From: Streptosporangiaceae bacterium
GTDB taxonomy: Bacteria > Actinomycetota > Actinomycetes > Streptosporangiales > Streptosporangiaceae
NCBI GenBank assembly: GCA_025934375.1
Contig: JAICYD010000015.1
Coordinates: 15,073 to 79,072, forward strand
Reading direction: 5' to 3'
Length of the DNA: 64,000 nucleotides
Below the pieces are notes generated by a model that was not told where the DNA came from, ran no database searches, and saw only the letters and a program-made list of their open reading frames with translations. The translations under genes and the position numbers were made by a program. Below are positions 63,388 through 64,000 of this stretch, piece after piece. The first letter of the stretch is position 1, and each line of letters begins with the position of its first letter.

Positions 63388-64000
63388 TCAGGAGGCGCGG
63401 GCTACCAGCGATCCCGGCTTGATTGAGATTATGGTGGCGCTGACCACCTCGGTCGTGGATGCGCCGGTCACGAGGAAGTCGGCGGCCATCCCGGCTTTCG
63501 CCAGGTCTTCCAGGCTCTCGAACCTGGATCCGGCGTTGAAGTTGTAGATGTCCCACAGGAACGACCTGTACCGGATCCGCACCGGCCGGTCGCCGTCTGG
63601 GCCGACGGGGCCGATCCAGGCGTCGCCGGCCATCCGAGCCCAGAACCTGCCGAGGGTGTAGTGCCAGTCGGTGTTGGCATCCTCCGTGTCGAACGATCCC
63701 CATCCTCGCCCTGCTCCGCCGCTGTCCCACGTGACTGACGCGGAGCGGTCTGGCGGAGTGTCACGCAGGCGATGCAGCGCGGCGGCCACGCTGGTCCGGA
63801 GCCAGGACTGAAGCTGTTCCCGGAAGCCGGGAACCTCCTGGTAGACGCCCGCCATGGAAACGGTGAGGGGTACGCCGCTGGCACTGAGGTAGTGCTGGCC
63901 AGCCCGGGTGCAGTTGCTGTACCCAGCCGCCCGGCACAGGCTGAGCAGTCCGGTCATCTCGTCATAGGCGCTCGCGTAGCGGTCCCGGATGGCCTGTGTC
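63388..64000 (-). CDS. Hypothetical protein (5' end probably outside the window)
   Basis: The reading frame stays open upstream of the first Met (63957) to the window edge (...TQAIRDRYASAYDEMTGLL...). Codon usage is coding-like. No domain recognised. Confidence 0.5.
   Translation of the reverse strand, partial: TQAIRDRYASAYDEMTGLLSLCRAAGYSNCTRAGQHYLSASGVPLTVSMAGVYQEVPGFREQLQSWLRTSVAAALHRLRDTPPDRSASVTWDSGGAGRGWGSFDTEDANTDWHYTLGRFWARMAGDAWIGPVGPDGDRPVRIRYRSFLWDIYNFNAGSRFESLEDLAKAGMAADFLVTGASTTEVVSATIISIKPGSLVARAS

Overview
This is a very GC-rich, densely coding chromosomal segment, about 70% G+C by eye, with third codon positions almost all G/C. The gene content is typical of a filamentous actinobacterium. 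I saw no rRNA, tRNA, CRISPR array, transposase or integrase.

The left edge carries core genes: xseA (5' truncated), xseB, a DsbA-like oxidoreductase and glpX. A class I fumarate hydratase sits at 31.8 kb.

Between these lies the main item of interest, a roughly 22 kb co-directional minus-strand locus (5.2-26.9 kb). I read it as a non-canonical, probably phospho-regulated, WXG100/FtsK (type VII-like) secretion locus. In transcription order it encodes:
- a PP2C phosphatase, an FHA/zinc-ribbon protein and a membrane Ser/Thr kinase;
- a 2083-aa Ig-like/FN3 surface protein;
- MoxR AAA+, DUF58 and a transglutaminase-like membrane protein whose catalytic Cys appears lost;
- a 1468-aa ATPase with beta-grasp, FHA and three FtsK domains;
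- a 90-aa WXG100 protein, a WXG100-fused candidate toxin and a small acidic candidate immunity or chaperone protein.

No EccB/D/E/mycosin or EssA/EssB/EsaA-like gene is recognisable in the window.

The rest of the window is ordinary actinobacterial accessory and housekeeping content:
- an MFS transporter, an ABC-2 exporter pair and an alpha/beta hydrolase;
- a 1000-aa Ser/Thr kinase;
- two paralogous SLT-like secreted proteins with CRP-type palindromes upstream;
- purine nucleoside phosphorylase, several oxidoreductases and RraA;
- an XRE/DUF5753 regulator with a SAM methyltransferase;
- a LacI-controlled sugar ABC importer with a GH13 alpha-glucosidase, and a beta-helix secreted protein;
- several regulators (ArsR, GlxA/AraC, PadR, MarR);
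- an ECF sigma factor with an anti-sigma-like protein carrying an Asn/Gly repeat tail;
- signal peptidase I, and an MscL with a C-terminal zinc-ribbon-like extension.

All functional calls come from reading the translated ORFs and recognising motifs. No database search was run.
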